Shown in pieces: positions 20,639 to 29,279 of a DNA stretch of 64,000 nucleotides. The DNA lies in the NCBI GenBank assembly GCA_017473905.1, contig JAFUJA010000031.1, forward strand, positions 10,914 through 74,913, read 5' to 3'. Both the position numbers and the translations under genes were made by a program. This stretch comes from Lachnospiraceae bacterium (GTDB taxonomy: Bacteria > Bacillota > Clostridia > Lachnospirales > Lachnospiraceae). The notes under the pieces are model-generated. The model was not told where the DNA came from and ran no database searches. It saw nothing but the letters and a program-made list of their open reading frames with translations. Each line of letters starts with the position of its first letter. Position 1 is the stretch's first letter.

Positions 20639-21988
20639 ATGGCTTTTGAAAGCTTAACAGATAAACTTCAAAATGTCTTTAAAGGGCTTAAACGTAAAGG
20701 TAAACTTACGGAAGAAGATGTAAAAAAAGCCCTGAAAGAAGTTAAAATGGCTCTCCTGGAGGCGGACGTCAGCTTCCGTGTCGTGAAGCAGTTCATGAAG
20801 TCCGTGGAAGAGCGTGCGGTTGGTGAGGAAGTTTTAAACGGATTGAATCCCGGACAGATGGTAATCAAAATCGTTAACGAAGAAATGATTGCCCTTATGG
20901 GAAGCGAAACCACCGAAATTGAACTTCAGCCCGGTAAGGCAGTCACCGTCATTATGATGTGTGGTCTTCAGGGTGCCGGTAAAACAACCACTACGGCCAA
21001 GATTGCCGGTAAGATGAAGTTAAAAGGTAAGAAACCTCTCTTGGTTGCCTGCGACGTATACCGTCCCGCGGCAATTAAGCAGTTACAGGTAAATGCAGAA
21101 ATCCAGCAGGTTGATTCCTTCTCTATGGGAGAGAACCATAAGCCTGTGGATATTGCCAAGGCAGCAATTGAGCATGCCAATAAAAACGGACATAACATTG
21201 TTATCCTGGATACCGCCGGACGTCTTCACATTGATGATGACATGATGGCAGAATTGCAGGAAATCAAGGAAAATGTAACGGTGCATCAGACACTTCTCGT
21301 TGTAGATGCCATGACCGGTCAGGATGCGGTAAATGTAGCAAGTTCTTTTAATGACCAGATTGGTGTTGACGGTGTTATCCTTTCCAAGATGGATGGTGAT
21401 GCCCGAGGCGGTGCGGCTCTTTCCGTTCGTGCCGTGACTGGTAAGCCGATTTTATACGTAGGTATGGGTGAAAAGCTTTCTGATTTGGAGCAGTTCTATC
21501 CGGACCGTATGGCGAACCGAATTTTAGGCATGGGTGATATTCTTACCCTGATTGAAAAGGCTCAGACGGACATCGATATCGATGCCGAAAAGAGCAAAGA
21601 AATGACTGCCCGTATGAAAAAGGGTAAGTTCGATTTCAACGATTATCTGGAAAGTATGAAACAGATGCGTAAAATGGGGGGTATTTCCTCAATTCTCGGA
21701 ATGATGCCAAACATGGGCGTTTCCAAGGATGATCTTGAGAATTCCATCGATGAAAAGCAGATTGCACGTATGGAAGCAATCGTTTTATCCATGACACCGG
21801 AGGAAAGATCCAATCCTAAGATTTTAAATCCCCGGAGAAAGCACAGAATTGCAAAAGGTGCCGGCGTGGATATCGCTGTTGTAAACCGTTTTATCAAACA
21901 GTTTGAACAGTCCCAGAAGATGATGAAGCAGTTGCCGTCATTGATGGGTGGACGTGGTAAAAAAGGGAAATTCCGTTTTCCTTTTTAA
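20639..21988 (+). CDS. ffh: Signal recognition particle protein
   Basis: ALLEADV, GLQGAGKTTT, DTAGRLH, DGDARGG, M-domain SMTPEER. Confidence 0.97.
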   Translation: MAFESLTDKLQNVFKGLKRKGKLTEEDVKKALKEVKMALLEADVSFRVVKQFMKSVEERAVGEEVLNGLNPGQMVIKIVNEEMIALMGSETTEIELQPGKAVTVIMMCGLQGAGKTTTTAKIAGKMKLKGKKPLLVACDVYRPAAIKQLQVNAEIQQVDSFSMGENHKPVDIAKAAIEHANKNGHNIVILDTAGRLHIDDDMMAELQEIKENVTVHQTLLVVDAMTGQDAVNVASSFNDQIGVDGVILSKMDGDARGGAALSVRAVTGKPILYVGMGEKLSDLEQFYPDRMANRILGMGDILTLIEKAQTDIDIDAEKSKEMTARMKKGKFDFNDYLESMKQMRKMGGISSILGMMPNMGVSKDDLENSIDEKQIARMEAIVLSMTPEERSNPKILNPRRKHRIAKGAGVDIAVVNRFIKQFEQSQKMMKQLPSLMGGRGKKGKFRFPF

Positions 21989-22053
21989 CAATATAAAATG
22001 CAAAACAGCATAGAATAATTTATTTTTTTAAACACATTTGGAGGTAAAGAAAA

Positions 22054-22299
22054 ATGGCAGTAAAAATCAGATTAAGAAGAATGGGACAGAAGAGAAATCC
22101 TATTTACAGAATCGTTGTAGCAGATTCCAGATCTCCCAGAGATGGCAGATGTATCGAAGAAATCGGTACCTACAATCCTAACACAGATCCCAGTGAATTC
22201 AAGGTAAATGAAGAACTTGCAAAGAAGTGGCTCGCTAACGGCGCACAGCCTACTGAAGTTGTTGGTAAGATCTTCAAGCTCGCAGGTATTGAGAAATAA
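22054..22299 (+). CDS. rpsP: 30S ribosomal protein S16
   Basis: [11 protein letters not shown]...[14 protein letters not shown]...GAQPT. Confidence 0.97.
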   Translation: MAVKIRLRRMGQKRNPIYRIVVADSRSPRDGRCIEEIGTYNPNTDPSEFKVNEELAKKWLANGAQPTEVVGKIFKLAGIEK

Positions 22300-22327
22300 G
22301 ATTTTCTGATAAATTCGGAGGTAGATT

Positions 22328-22555
22328 ATGAAAGACTTAGTAGAGGTAATTGCGAAAGCCCTCGTTGATAATCCCGAAGAAGTTACAGTAAATGAAACCG
22401 TTGAAGGCAAGAGTGTGAAGATTGAATTACATGTTGCACCTTCTGATATGGGTAAAGTGATTGGAAAACAGGGGCGTATTGCAAAAGCAATCCGTTGTGT
22501 CGTAAAAGCGGCATCAACCAAGGATGATTTGCATGTCGACGTTGATATTATCTAA
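22328..22555 (+). CDS. khpA: KH-domain RNA-binding protein KhpA (YlqC)
   Basis: IAKALVDNPEEV, DMGKVIGKQGRIAKAIR. Confidence 0.93.
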   Translation: MKDLVEVIAKALVDNPEEVTVNETVEGKSVKIELHVAPSDMGKVIGKQGRIAKAIRCVVKAASTKDDLHVDVDII

Positions 22556-22564
22556 ATGTAAAAG

Positions 22565-22593
22565 AAAAAGACCGGTGTTGCCGGTCTTTTTTT
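22565..22593 (+). terminator. Terminator after khpA
   Basis: AAAAAGACCGG-TGTTG-CCGGTCTTTTTTT. Confidence 0.85.
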
Positions 22594-22674
22594 GCGTAGA
22601 GAACTGGTTGCATTTGCGAAATGTGCGAATTGATTATTGGTGTGAAAAGGAAGTATAAGAGTGTAATATTAAAT

Positions 22675-22718
22675 AATGAGGCAGACATTTCTTTGGTTAA
22701 AGAAATCTCTGCCTCATT
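22675..22718 (-). terminator. Long hairpin at the 3' end of the Xre gene
   Basis: AATGAGGCAGA-C-ATTTCTTT-GGTT-AAAGAAAT-C-TCTGCCTCATT, overlapping the TGA stop. Confidence 0.65.
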
Positions 22719-22905
22719 TAAATTCAACAATATCATTTGGTGTGCAATCGATAATACTACATAGCTTTTCAACAGTCAAAAGAGTAATATTTTTATCTTT
22801 TTTTAAACTATCTAATGTCTTATTATCAATGCCTGATTTGAGGAGGAAATACTGTGTAATTCCTTTTTTGTTCATTGTTTCCCAAAGCGGACCGTAACTA
22901 ATAAT
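22714..22905 (-). CDS. Small Xre/Cro-C1 (HTH_26) transcriptional regulator, apparently with an ATT start
   Basis: xISYGPLWETMNKKGITQYFL...NITLLTVEKLCSIIDCTPNDIVEF; AGGGAG RBS 9 nt before ATT at 22905. Confidence 0.8.
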   Translation of the reverse strand: MISYGPLWETMNKKGITQYFLLKSGIDNKTLDSLKKDKNITLLTVEKLCSIIDCTPNDIVEFK

Positions 22906-22963
22906 ATGAATCAACTCCCTAGTTCTATTTGATTTTATTATAATTACTCTTGTGAAAATTCCC

Positions 22964-22993
22964 ATTGTGGAGATAATCACAATATGATATAAT
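22964..22993 (+). promoter_or_regulatory. Islet operon promoter with a palindromic operator over the -35
   Basis: ATTGTG-N8-CACAAT (22964-22983); TTGTGG-17 nt-TATAAT with extended TG. Confidence 0.6.
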
Positions 22994-23126
22994 TTAAAAA
23001 TAGTAAATGTCTGTTTTTTATTTAAAAAAGGGGGGGGAGTATTTAATCAATGTATATTATTGTTTGAATAGCTGTTTTTATTCAGACATGTAAGTATAAT
23101 TTTTGAAAGGGAAAGGAGTGGATGAA

Positions 23127-23465
23127 TTGGAGAATAAAGAAGAAATTGAAAAAGTGCTAATGAGAATGATTGAATCTACAATCACTTTATCATTCCCGAT
23201 GTTTTCTAATGAAATGCAAAAACAAAAAATACTAAATGAAAAAAAAGAAAAAATCGAACAAAATATATTAGATATTGTTAATACATACGATATCAATATT
23301 TCTTTAAAATTACATAAAAATAAAATTTGGGATGAGTGTAGAAAAAAAGCCACAGAATCATTTGACTCTCTTCCTGAAAAAATGCAATTAAATTCATTTT
23401 ATTTACAAGAGGTTATGCATTTGTATGCTGAAAGACTATCAGAATTAGTTCTAAATGAACTGTAA
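23127..23465 (+). CDS. Hypothetical helical protein, first gene of the islet operon
   Basis: Open frame of 112 codons; AGGAG RBS 8 nt before TTG 23127; no recognisable family. Confidence 0.65.
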   Translation: MENKEEIEKVLMRMIESTITLSFPMFSNEMQKQKILNEKKEKIEQNILDIVNTYDINISLKLHKNKIWDECRKKATESFDSLPEKMQLNSFYLQEVMHLYAERLSELVLNEL

Positions 23466-23475
23466 GGAGGAAAAT

Positions 23476-23883
23476 ATGTATTTATCATTATTAAATCGTG
23501 AACAAAAAAGTCTTTTTTTGGAATTGGAGCTGTATATGTCGAAAATAGATAGTAATTTTTCGGAGGAGGAAAAAATAATTATAAATACACATTGTTTGGA
23601 GATGCACATTGATAACAACAATTATGAATGTACAATGCCACTTGATTTAGTAATTTCAAGAATTCAAAAAGAATTTGGAGATAAAGAAAAAAGAATTGTA
23701 TTTTTGGAATTGGTTGCGACTATTATGGCGGACAATGTTTATCATGACGCTGAAAAAGAATTATTAAATAAACTTCAGGAATTGTTAGAATTTGATAGTG
23801 CTAGCACTAAAATTGTTTTTGACATTATTAATAGTATTAAAGAATCATACAAAAAATGTGCTCACTTTGTTATGGAGGGATAA
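23476..23883 (+). CDS. TerB-like (tellurite resistance/DjlA N-terminal fold) protein
   Basis: Two TerB-style D-x5-E loops (IDSNFSEEEK, ADNVYHDAEKELL), all-helical pattern; AAGGAGG RBS. Confidence 0.7.
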   Translation: MYLSLLNREQKSLFLELELYMSKIDSNFSEEEKIIINTHCLEMHIDNNNYECTMPLDLVISRIQKEFGDKEKRIVFLELVATIMADNVYHDAEKELLNKLQELLEFDSASTKIVFDIINSIKESYKKCAHFVMEG

Positions 23884-23884
23884 T

Positions 23885-25792
23885 ATGGGGTCTCACAATG
23901 AAAAAATACAGGTCGCAAAAAAGTATTTTAATAAATTAGATTGTTCCTATACAATTAGTGGAAATATACCATCAAAAAATCTTCAAAATGCGAAAAAAAA
24001 ATTTGCTCCTGATTTAGATAGTTATAAAGATACTGTAATTGCTTTTTTAGATACATCATTAACAAATAATGGAAAAAGTGGTTATATTTTCACAGATGAC
24101 AAAGTCGTATATGTTGAAATTATGGAAAAACCTAAAAAGCTGTGGTACGACGAAATTGATTCTGTCAACTTAATTAATAAAGGTAAGAAGAGTGATAAGG
24201 ATAATGAGTTACTTTTTTTGATGAAGGATGGAACTTCAATTGTGTGGAGTAGTTGTTTTTTTGCAAAAGCTCCTTTGAAATCATTTTTTGAAGAATTATT
24301 ATCAATGGAGAATGATGAAGTTTTATTTGAATCTTCAGACGTAAAATATGATGCAAATACTTGTTTTTCAGAAGCAATTGCCGCAGGATATGCTATGGGC
24401 GCATATGGTCAGGTTAATAAGTCATTTGAAGAGGAGAGATTTCATTCAAGTCAGGGACATGGATTTGCGGCTGAAAGAGCAAATAATTTTGTTGATCAAC
24501 TTACTGGACATGATGCAAAAATTATTGGTGATGATAATGTTAAAAATGGACCTGATAGGATTGTTGATGGAATATTAATACAATCTAAATATTATCAAAC
24601 CGGTTCTGGGTGTGTAAATGCTTGTTTTGACGAAAATGGAGATTTTAGGTATTTTCATGATGGGAAACCGATGCAGATTGAAGTGCCTTTAGATAAATAT
24701 GATGCCGCTGTACAAGCAATGGAAGAAAAAATACGTAATGGAAAAGTCAAAGGAATATCGGATCCGAATGAAGCAAAGAATATCATTAGAAAAGGTCATT
24801 TTACTTATGAACAGGCTAAAAATATAGCAAAAGCTGGTACGGTTGATTCGATCATGTATGATGCTGCAAATGGTGCAATTATTGCATCATCAGCATTTGG
24901 AATAACAGCATTGATAACTTTTTCTGTTTCGATTTGGAAAGGAGAAGACTTTAATACTTCTATTAAGTTTGCGACATATTCCGGGTTAAAAGTTGGAGGA
25001 ACTGCATTTATTACGACAATTATTGCCGGACAATTGTCTAAGGCTGGACTTAACAGTGCATTAGTAAGTAGTTCAGAAGCGATAGTAACCTTTATGGGAC
25101 CAAAGGCATCGGCTCTTATAGTTAATGCATTTAGAAGTGGAACTAAGATATATGGTGCTGCTGCCATGAAAAGCGCTGCGAAACTTTTAAGGGGTAACGT
25201 GATAAGTTCAGCGGTTAGTGTCGCTGTATTGAGTTCTTTTGATGTAGCCAATTTGTTTAGGGGGCGTATATCGGGGAAACAGTTATTCAAAAATATGACA
25301 AACACTGTAGCTTCAGTGGGGGCAGGAACCGCAGGTTGGGTTGGCGGTGCTGCAATTGGAACCGCAATTTTTCCAGGCGTTGGAACTGCGGTGGGGATAG
25401 TAGGTGGATTAATTGGATCAGCCGCTGCTGGTGCAGTTGCGGGAAAGGTGGCAAATTCAGTAACTGGCGCATTTATTGAGGATGATGCAGAAGAGATGGT
25501 TAGAATCATTCAGCGTGTTTTTGCGGATATTGCAAGTGAGTATTTATTAAGTAAAAATGAAGCTGAAAAATGTACAGACAAATTGAAAGAAAAACTTAAT
25601 GGAAAGAAATTAAAAGATATGTTTGCTAGTGTCGACAGAGAAAAATTTGCTAGAAATATGTTAATGCCAATCGCAGAATCAGAAGTAATAAAAAGAAAAA
25701 AAATAAAAGTTCCTTCTGATGAACAGATGATTGTGGCTTTGAGAGGTGTATTGGAAGAAATAGCGGATAATAGTGAGTCGCAACTGGCTTAA
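23885..25792 (+). CDS. YeeR-like membrane protein with an N-terminal extra domain, a PD-QxK nuclease-like core and a hydrophobic/glycine-zipper C-terminus
   Basis: GHGFAAERAN, GPDRIVDGILIQSKY, PMQIEVP.DKY, GHFTYEQAKNIAKAGT, IYGAAAMKSA.KLLRGN, FIEDDA recalled from the E. coli YeeR family; GGAGG RBS; ATG 1 nt after the TerB-like stop. Confidence 0.7.
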   Translation: MGSHNEKIQVAKKYFNKLDCSYTISGNIPSKNLQNAKKKFAPDLDSYKDTVIAFLDTSLTNNGKSGYIFTDDKVVYVEIMEKPKKLWYDEIDSVNLINKGKKSDKDNELLFLMKDGTSIVWSSCFFAKAPLKSFFEELLSMENDEVLFESSDVKYDANTCFSEAIAAGYAMGAYGQVNKSFEEERFHSSQGHGFAAERANNFVDQLTGHDAKIIGDDNVKNGPDRIVDGILIQSKYYQTGSGCVNACFDENGDFRYFHDGKPMQIEVPLDKYDAAVQAMEEKIRNGKVKGISDPNEAKNIIRKGHFTYEQAKNIAKAGTVDSIMYDAANGAIIASSAFGITALITFSVSIWKGEDFNTSIKFATYSGLKVGGTAFITTIIAGQLSKAGLNSALVSSSEAIVTFMGPKASALIVNAFRSGTKIYGAAAMKSAAKLLRGNVISSAVSVAVLSSFDVANLFRGRISGKQLFKNMTNTVASVGAGTAGWVGGAAIGTAIFPGVGTAVGIVGGLIGSAAAGAVAGKVANSVTGAFIEDDAEEMVRIIQRVFADIASEYLLSKNEAEKCTDKLKEKLNGKKLKDMFASVDREKFARNMLMPIAESEVIKRKKIKVPSDEQMIVALRGVLEEIADNSESQLA

Positions 25793-25901
25793 ATATTTTT
25801 GTAACTTATTATCATTTTAAAAATACTCGTTGTAGAGCATTTCTTACACTGTATGTAAAAAAGTATATAATATAAGCATTATACATATGCGAGAGTAATA
25901 T

Positions 25902-25934
25902 AAAAGAAGAAGGTTGAAACATACCTTCTTTTTT
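25902..25934 (+). terminator. Terminator closing the islet operon
   Basis: AAGAAGGT...ACCTTCTT stem plus T-run. Confidence 0.65.
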
Positions 25935-26030
25935 ATCCCCCAATTCATGAACCCTCTGTGTTCTCACTTGCCGAATCATCATTTTATGATATAATGATTT
26001 CGTATGCAATTTGAAAGAGAGGCTTTTAGA

Positions 26031-27965
26031 ATGAAGTTACATATAAAAAGTAAAACAGCAGTGAGAATCTTTGCCTTTGTCATGGCAATTTTTCTGATTG
26101 GAGCGCCTGTGGCAGCTTATGCAACCGAGTCTTCTGACGGGGCAGAAAATGTTGTGAATGAGCAGACGGGGGAAACGACTGCGGACGCAGCGGCTCTTCC
26201 GAAAGAGGCCTTAAAAGGAGAAGAATTGATTTCCGCCTTGGAAGGATTTGTTGAGGCAGAGAAGGCAAATATTGCCGGTGGTTCTGTTACAGTGTTTGAA
26301 CAGGATGAGATTCTTTTTGATACAGATTTCGGATACGCAGATATTGCAGCAAACCTTGCAGTAAATGATGATACTGTTTTTGAGTGGGGCGATGCTTCCA
26401 GACTGCTGATTTGGATTAGCATCATGCAGCTTGTGGAAGACGGCAAAATCGATTTGCAGGTGCCTGTTGCGGATTATATCAAGGATGAGAATTTCTACAA
26501 GGCTTTTACGGGGACAGGCATTACCGTAGAAAATCTTGTTAACTATAACGCCGGTTTCCAGGAAAACGTTGCGGAGAAAATGGTGCCGGAAGGTGCGGAA
26601 TATGACAGTTTTGAAGCCGTACTTATGCGTACCAAACCCAAGCAGATTTTCCGTGCGGGATCTGTGGTTGCGGATTCCGAATGGACAGCGGCACTTGCGG
26701 CATATGTGGTAGAGCAGGTTTCCGGTGTATCTTATGCAGAGTATGTAAAAGAGAATATTTTTACTCCCCTTGGAATGGAGCATACAGCCCTTTATCCCGG
26801 CTACAACGTAATTGACAATGAATGGGTGGAAACTCAGAGAAAGCTTGTAAAAGGCTATCAGGGGACTACTTTAATCGAAAACAGCCGTTATTTTATTCCC
26901 ATGTATCCCGTGGGAATGGTAACAGGTACCCAGAAGGATTTGTGTACCCTTATGATGGCGCTTGCGGATACGAAGGAATCCAAACTTTTTGATTCTGCAC
27001 AATCGGCAGAAGAGTTTCTCAGTCCTTCTCTTTACTATCCCGGAACCGAACTTGGACGTAAAAGCTACGGCTTCTGGATTTTTGAACAGGCAACTCCCGT
27101 ACTGGGCTTAAATGCAAGCTCATACTCCAATACCTGTTACTTATATCTGGATCCGGAAAGCGGTCTTGGTTTGACCTATATGACAAACTCCTACCATGAG
27201 AGTAAGCTTGGTGTAAGTCTGATTGAAGCACTCTACGGAACCTACGCCGGAGACGGAAGTGACATTCCTGTAAGCCTTGCTTCTTATGAAGGTGCATATG
27301 TGGCGGGAAGTACAATCTATAAAGGAAATTTATCAATCTTTTCCCTTTTAAAAACCACCAGCTTTAAGGCATTAAGCGGAACGGAAATGGGAACAGCCAT
27401 GTCCGGAGACATTCCGTTTTTTACGGCAATCGACAGCCGGCATGTGAAGTTTTATGATGGAACCATCGGTTTCCTTTACACCTATGATGACGGTACCCCC
27501 ACTATTATGGTTCCTAATTTTGACTATGTATCAACCGACAAGGCGCAGCATATCGCTAAGATTGTTATATTGATTCTGGTAGTGGTTATGTATCTGTATT
27601 CCTCAACTGCGGTACTGATTGCGCTGTGTAAATGGTTTATGGACTGGATGCAGAAAGCACCCAAGGATGAGAATCTTAAATTCCGCAAGTTCCATGTGAT
27701 TCAGTGTGTGAACTTCGTTGTTTTCTGTGTTTTTTATGTATTTATGATTTCCTCTGCCATGGGAAATGCATCCCTCGAAATGATCAATGCAACCAACATG
27801 ATGTACTGGCTGGGTTGTATCATGTCAGTTGTTTATATTGCATTCCTCGCAAGAACCGGCAGACGTATGGATGTCAGCAAGGCTGAGAAAATATGCTATT
27901 TCGTAACCGGTGTGGGTTGTCTTCTCATGGTAGCCTTCGCATCGATTTTCCAGCTTGTATTCTAA
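26031..27965 (+). CDS. Serine-hydrolase (beta-lactamase/PBP class C fold) membrane protein with degenerate catalytic motifs
   Basis: Signal peptide; FGYAD, TVFEWG, IMQLVEDGKIDL, YVKENIFTPLGMEHT; four C-terminal TM helices. Confidence 0.8.
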   Translation: MKLHIKSKTAVRIFAFVMAIFLIGAPVAAYATESSDGAENVVNEQTGETTADAAALPKEALKGEELISALEGFVEAEKANIAGGSVTVFEQDEILFDTDFGYADIAANLAVNDDTVFEWGDASRLLIWISIMQLVEDGKIDLQVPVADYIKDENFYKAFTGTGITVENLVNYNAGFQENVAEKMVPEGAEYDSFEAVLMRTKPKQIFRAGSVVADSEWTAALAAYVVEQVSGVSYAEYVKENIFTPLGMEHTALYPGYNVIDNEWVETQRKLVKGYQGTTLIENSRYFIPMYPVGMVTGTQKDLCTLMMALADTKESKLFDSAQSAEEFLSPSLYYPGTELGRKSYGFWIFEQATPVLGLNASSYSNTCYLYLDPESGLGLTYMTNSYHESKLGVSLIEALYGTYAGDGSDIPVSLASYEGAYVAGSTIYKGNLSIFSLLKTTSFKALSGTEMGTAMSGDIPFFTAIDSRHVKFYDGTIGFLYTYDDGTPTIMVPNFDYVSTDKAQHIAKIVILILVVVMYLYSSTAVLIALCKWFMDWMQKAPKDENLKFRKFHVIQCVNFVVFCVFYVFMISSAMGNASLEMINATNMMYWLGCIMSVVYIAFLARTGRRMDVSKAEKICYFVTGVGCLLMVAFASIFQLVF

Positions 27966-27993
27966 AAGATTTTAATTCGGAAAGTGAGAGAAA

Positions 27994-28503
27994 ATGGAGA
28001 AATTATTACAGGTTGGCGTGATTTCATCCACCCACGGAATCAAGGGAGAAGTAAAAGTGTTTCCCACCACGGATGAAGTCAGCAGATTCAAACGTTTAAA
28101 AGAAGTATGGCTGGATACAGGGAAAGAGCAGATGCTTTTGCATCCGGAAGGCGTTAAGTTCTTTAAACAGTTTGTTATTTTAAAATTTAAGGAATTCAAC
28201 AATATTAATGACATTGAAGCTTTCAAAGGGAAAAGCCTTTATGTAGACCGTAAAAATGCCGTTCCTCTTCGTAAAAACGAATACTTCATTGCAGACTTAA
28301 TCGGTCTTGCGGTGGTAACAGAGGACGGAGAATCCTTCGGTACCATGAAGGATGTGATTCAGACCGGAGCAAATGATGTTTATGTGGTAGAACGGGAAGA
28401 CGGAAGCGAAGTTTTGTTTCCGGCAATTAAGGAATGCATTCTAAACATTGATATGGAGAAATGTTGTATGACTGTCCATATCATGGACGGACTTCTGGAC
28501 TAA
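27994..28503 (+). CDS. rimM: Ribosome maturation factor RimM
   Basis: [31 protein letters not shown]. Confidence 0.96.
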   Translation: MEKLLQVGVISSTHGIKGEVKVFPTTDEVSRFKRLKEVWLDTGKEQMLLHPEGVKFFKQFVILKFKEFNNINDIEAFKGKSLYVDRKNAVPLRKNEYFIADLIGLAVVTEDGESFGTMKDVIQTGANDVYVVEREDGSEVLFPAIKECILNIDMEKCCMTVHIMDGLLD

Positions 28504-28574
28504 AAATTCCTTACGGTTATTCACGGGTTTTTTTAAAACCGGAATCACGCAAATATACAAATTGGAGAATGAAC

Positions 28575-29279
28575 ATGAAATTTCATATTCTGACCCTGTT
28601 TCCCGAAATGATCGAGCAGGGACTGAACAACAGTATTATAAAAAGAGCCGCGGAAGCGGGACATCTTACCATCAATGCAGTAAATATCAGGGATTTTACC
28701 CTGGATAAACATAACAAGGTGGATGATTATCCTTACGGCGGCGGTGCGGGAATGTTAATGCAGGCACAGCCTGTATACGATGCCTGCCGTTCTCTTACCG
28801 AAGGGAAGGAAAAAAAGCCCAGGGTTATTTTTATGACCCCTCAGGGGCGCACCTTTCATCAGGAAATGGCGAAGGAGTTTGCCGGGGAAGAAGAACTGAT
28901 TTTTTTATGCGGTCATTACGAAGGAATCGATGAACGTGTCCTTGAGGAAATCGTTACGGACGAGGTTTCCATCGGGGATTATGTTTTAACCGGCGGAGAG
29001 CTTCCGGCCATGGTTATGATTGATACCATTGCCCGTTTGATTCCCGGGGTTTTAAACAATCAGGATTCCGCAGAGGAAGAGTCTTTTTCAGGCAATTTAC
29101 TGGAATATCCCCAGTATACAAGACCGGAAGTATGGATGGATAAAAGAGTGCCTGAGGTACTTTTAAGCGGTCATCATGCCAATATTGCCAAGTGGCGTCG
29201 GGAGCAGTCCGAGGAGCGCACCCGTGTAAAACGCCCTGATATGTATGAAAAATATCTGGAGGAAAAGAAGCGTAAATGA
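28575..29279 (+). CDS. trmD: tRNA (guanine-N1)-methyltransferase
   Basis: VDDYPYGGGAGM, LCGHYEGIDER, SIGDYVLTGGE, LEYPQYTRP. Confidence 0.97.
   Translation: MKFHILTLFPEMIEQGLNNSIIKRAAEAGHLTINAVNIRDFTLDKHNKVDDYPYGGGAGMLMQAQPVYDACRSLTEGKEKKPRVIFMTPQGRTFHQEMAKEFAGEEELIFLCGHYEGIDERVLEEIVTDEVSIGDYVLTGGELPAMVMIDTIARLIPGVLNNQDSAEEESFSGNLLEYPQYTRPEVWMDKRVPEVLLSGHHANIAKWRREQSEERTRVKRPDMYEKYLEEKKRK

Larger units (their letters stand above)
22600..25935. mobile_element. AT-rich, probably horizontally acquired islet (no integrase or transposase visible); boundaries approximate
   Basis: Abrupt shift by eye to AT-rich sequence and A/T-ending codons; interrupts the conserved khpA-rimM adjacency. Confidence 0.7.

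Noticed and set aside
23537-23543. TGTCGAA 0A box inside the TerB-like gene
   Set aside because: A single 7-mer within coding sequence, expected by chance
22590-25960. att sites or target-site duplication around the AT-rich islet
   Set aside because: Only a 6-nt match (GTAGAG) seen near both ends, which is chance level in this context
26031-27965. Beta-lactam resistance gene
   Set aside because: Catalytic Ser/Lys/Tyr motifs are substituted; the fold alone does not imply resistance
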